NCBI GenBank assembly: GCA_963727445.1 | Contig: CAVSGI010000015.1 | Location: 288,001 to 352,000 of the forward strand | Length of the DNA stretch: 64,000 nucleotides | Direction: 5' to 3' | DNA from: an uncultured delta proteobacterium | GTDB lineage: Bacteria > Myxococcota_A > Polyangia > Polyangiales > B10-G4 | Part shown: positions 62,280 to 64,000 of the stretch, in pieces | Position numbering within the stretch: position 1 is the stretch's first letter | How the letters are laid out: the number at the start of each line of letters is the position of its first letter | Program-made: the position numbers and the translations under genes | The notes under the pieces: generated by a model | What the model saw: the letters and a program-made list of their open reading frames with translations, nothing else | The model's database searches: none | What the model was told of the DNA's origin: nothing

Positions 62280-64000
62280 ATGCTTCCGCGCCTCCTCGCG
62301 TTGATGCTCCTCGTCGCCTGTGACGACCCTGCTCCGCAGCAGCAAGACGAGCGGGTCGAGAGCGAAGAGGCGTCGTCCGAAGGCCAGACGCGACGCGCGC
62401 TGATCGAGATGGCCGATCGTCGTGTGGCGCCCGATCAGCTCGCGGAGGCCCTCGCTTCAGGCGATGCAGAGGCGCGGCGCCAGGCTGCGCTCTCCCTCAG
62501 TCGCCTCCACGACCCCGCCGCCATCCCGCTACTGCGCCGCGGCCTTCGAGACGTCGATCCCGAGGTTCGCCGCAACGCGTCTCTCGGCCTTGGCGCACTC
62601 GAGGAGAGCGCACCTCCGGCGGCGGAGCGCCTGCTCCTCTCCGCCCTCGCTGCGGAGGGCGTCCGGGACAACCGAGCCGCCTACCTCTGGGACCTCGGAC
62701 GGGTCGCAGGGGAGGGGGCCTTGGGCGTGTTCCGGCATGCGCTGGCCGACACGGCGGGTCCCATTCGCGAGGCCGCCTGTCGCGGGCTCGGCGGGTATGG
62801 CCTGCGGCGCCGCAGTCTCGACCCCGCGCTCCTGCGCCGCGTCGCCACCCGAGTGCGCGACGATCGGGATCCAGCGGTACGACTCTCCTGCGCTCATGCC
62901 CTCAGCCGGATCGAGCCCCCCCCGGAAGGAGCCGAGCGGGACGCCATTCGCCAGGACCTGCTCCCGGCGCTCGAGGACCCCGAGGCGGAGGTTCGAGCCT
63001 TCGCGGTGCGGGCGCTCGGCAGCTACCCCGGGGCCGAAGAGGCGATCGCCAGGCGAGCGCTCGATCCCGACTGGCAGGTCGCGACCCAGGCGTTTCGTTC
63101 TCTCGGTCGCCACGTCGAGGAGGACCGAGGGCGGCTCCTCGGCCAGGTGTTCCGGCGAGCCTTCGATGCCGCCCTCGAGGATCGCAGGCTGAGCCCAACC
63201 GAGTCCCACGTGCTGACCACCGGTCTCGCGGCGATGGCCGGGGCGGCCCGGAACGAGCCCGTCTTCGCTGTTTCACGTGAAGCATTCGAACGTCTCTCCG
63301 AGCCCCCCGGCGATGTCCCCCTCTCCCGGGCCTGGGGCCTGACTCACTGCCGCGCCGCGACGCTCTACGACCTGGGCCGCGGCTGGCCCAACACCGTCGA
63401 TGAGTGTGGTCTCGAGCAGGTGTCCGAGGAGGAGCGGCGATTGATGGCGGTGGAGGTGCTGGCCCACGGGGAGGGGTCCGAAAGCCAGCGTTCGACCTAT
63501 TTGCGCCGCCTCTTCGACGAGGGCGGCCCGCGGGTGCGAGAGGCCGTCCTCACCGCCGCCCCCTCCATTCCCGATCCCGATCTCTCGGCCCTCGTGCTGC
63601 GCGCTCTCGAGGGCGACGACCCAGGCGTGGTCATCACCGCCTGCGATGCCGTGGCCGGGCTGGCGGAGACCTGGGCCGAGACCGTGGGCGGCGACGCGCC
63701 CGTGCTCTCCATTCGCCCGGCTGGGGAGCCTGGACCCGCGGTGGAAACCGCCCACCGCCGCGGTCCTCCCCTCTCTCGAATCCACCGGGGCCTGGCCCAC
63801 GCCCACGACACCCTCCTCGAAGGTCAGGATCTGGAGGGCCTCCAAAGCTGGATCAACGCCGCGCGCGCGATCGGTGACGCAGGATTCCTCCCCCAGCTCC
63901 GCGCTCTCGCCGCCCACTACAATCCGGCCGTGCGAGACGCGGCTCGTCGTGCGCTTCCAGCGGACGCGGAGGTCGATCCCCCAGCGGCCGTGCCCAATCC
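62280..64000 (+). CDS. HEAT-repeat lipoprotein, 3'-truncated by the window
   Basis: MLPRLLALMLLVAC lipobox; LRDVDPEVRRNA and LEDPEAEVRAFA HEAT units; no stop before the end. Confidence 0.8.
   Translation, partial: MLPRLLALMLLVACDDPAPQQQDERVESEEASSEGQTRRALIEMADRRVAPDQLAEALASGDAEARRQAALSLSRLHDPAAIPLLRRGLRDVDPEVRRNASLGLGALEESAPPAAERLLLSALAAEGVRDNRAAYLWDLGRVAGEGALGVFRHALADTAGPIREAACRGLGGYGLRRRSLDPALLRRVATRVRDDRDPAVRLSCAHALSRIEPPPEGAERDAIRQDLLPALEDPEAEVRAFAVRALGSYPGAEEAIARRALDPDWQVATQAFRSLGRHVEEDRGRLLGQVFRRAFDAALEDRRLSPTESHVLTTGLAAMAGAARNEPVFAVSREAFERLSEPPGDVPLSRAWGLTHCRAATLYDLGRGWPNTVDECGLEQVSEEERRLMAVEVLAHGEGSESQRSTYLRRLFDEGGPRVREAVLTAAPSIPDPDLSALVLRALEGDDPGVVITACDAVAGLAETWAETVGGDAPVLSIRPAGEPGPAVETAHRRGPPLSRIHRGLAHAHDTLLEGQDLEGLQSWINAARAIGDAGFLPQLRALAAHYNPAVRDAARRALPADAEVDPPAAVPN

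Overview
High-GC bacterial chromosome segment spanning the replication origin. Cys-rich lipoproteins, MYXO-CTERM-like and CFI-box-CTERM tails and an isolated T3SS-type ATPase suggest Myxococcota, probably Polyangiales (inference from gene content). The core is dnaA, then two inserted genes, then an oriC-like unwinding region, dnaN and recF. Directly after recF is a carotenoid cluster of the actinobacterial aryl-carotenoid type (crtI, crtB, crtT, crtU, crtV, crtY). Also present: a rimK gene coupled to a DUF1704/MATCAP-like carboxypeptidase; a DUF3570-DUF4266 operon led by a protein with two flavinylation-like motifs; a TetR/LolA-like/ABC/barrel export operon; an ECF sigma/anti-sigma pair; housekeeping genes (dnaJ, pcm, uvrB, trxA, serC, gcdH, bioF, bioD); and tRNA-Ala(CGC). 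At least seven genes, including dnaN, carry apparent +1 frameshifts that are most likely sequencing errors. Many genes appear leaderless. No CRISPR array, rRNA, integrase or transposase was seen. All family calls come from motif recognition by eye, not database searches.
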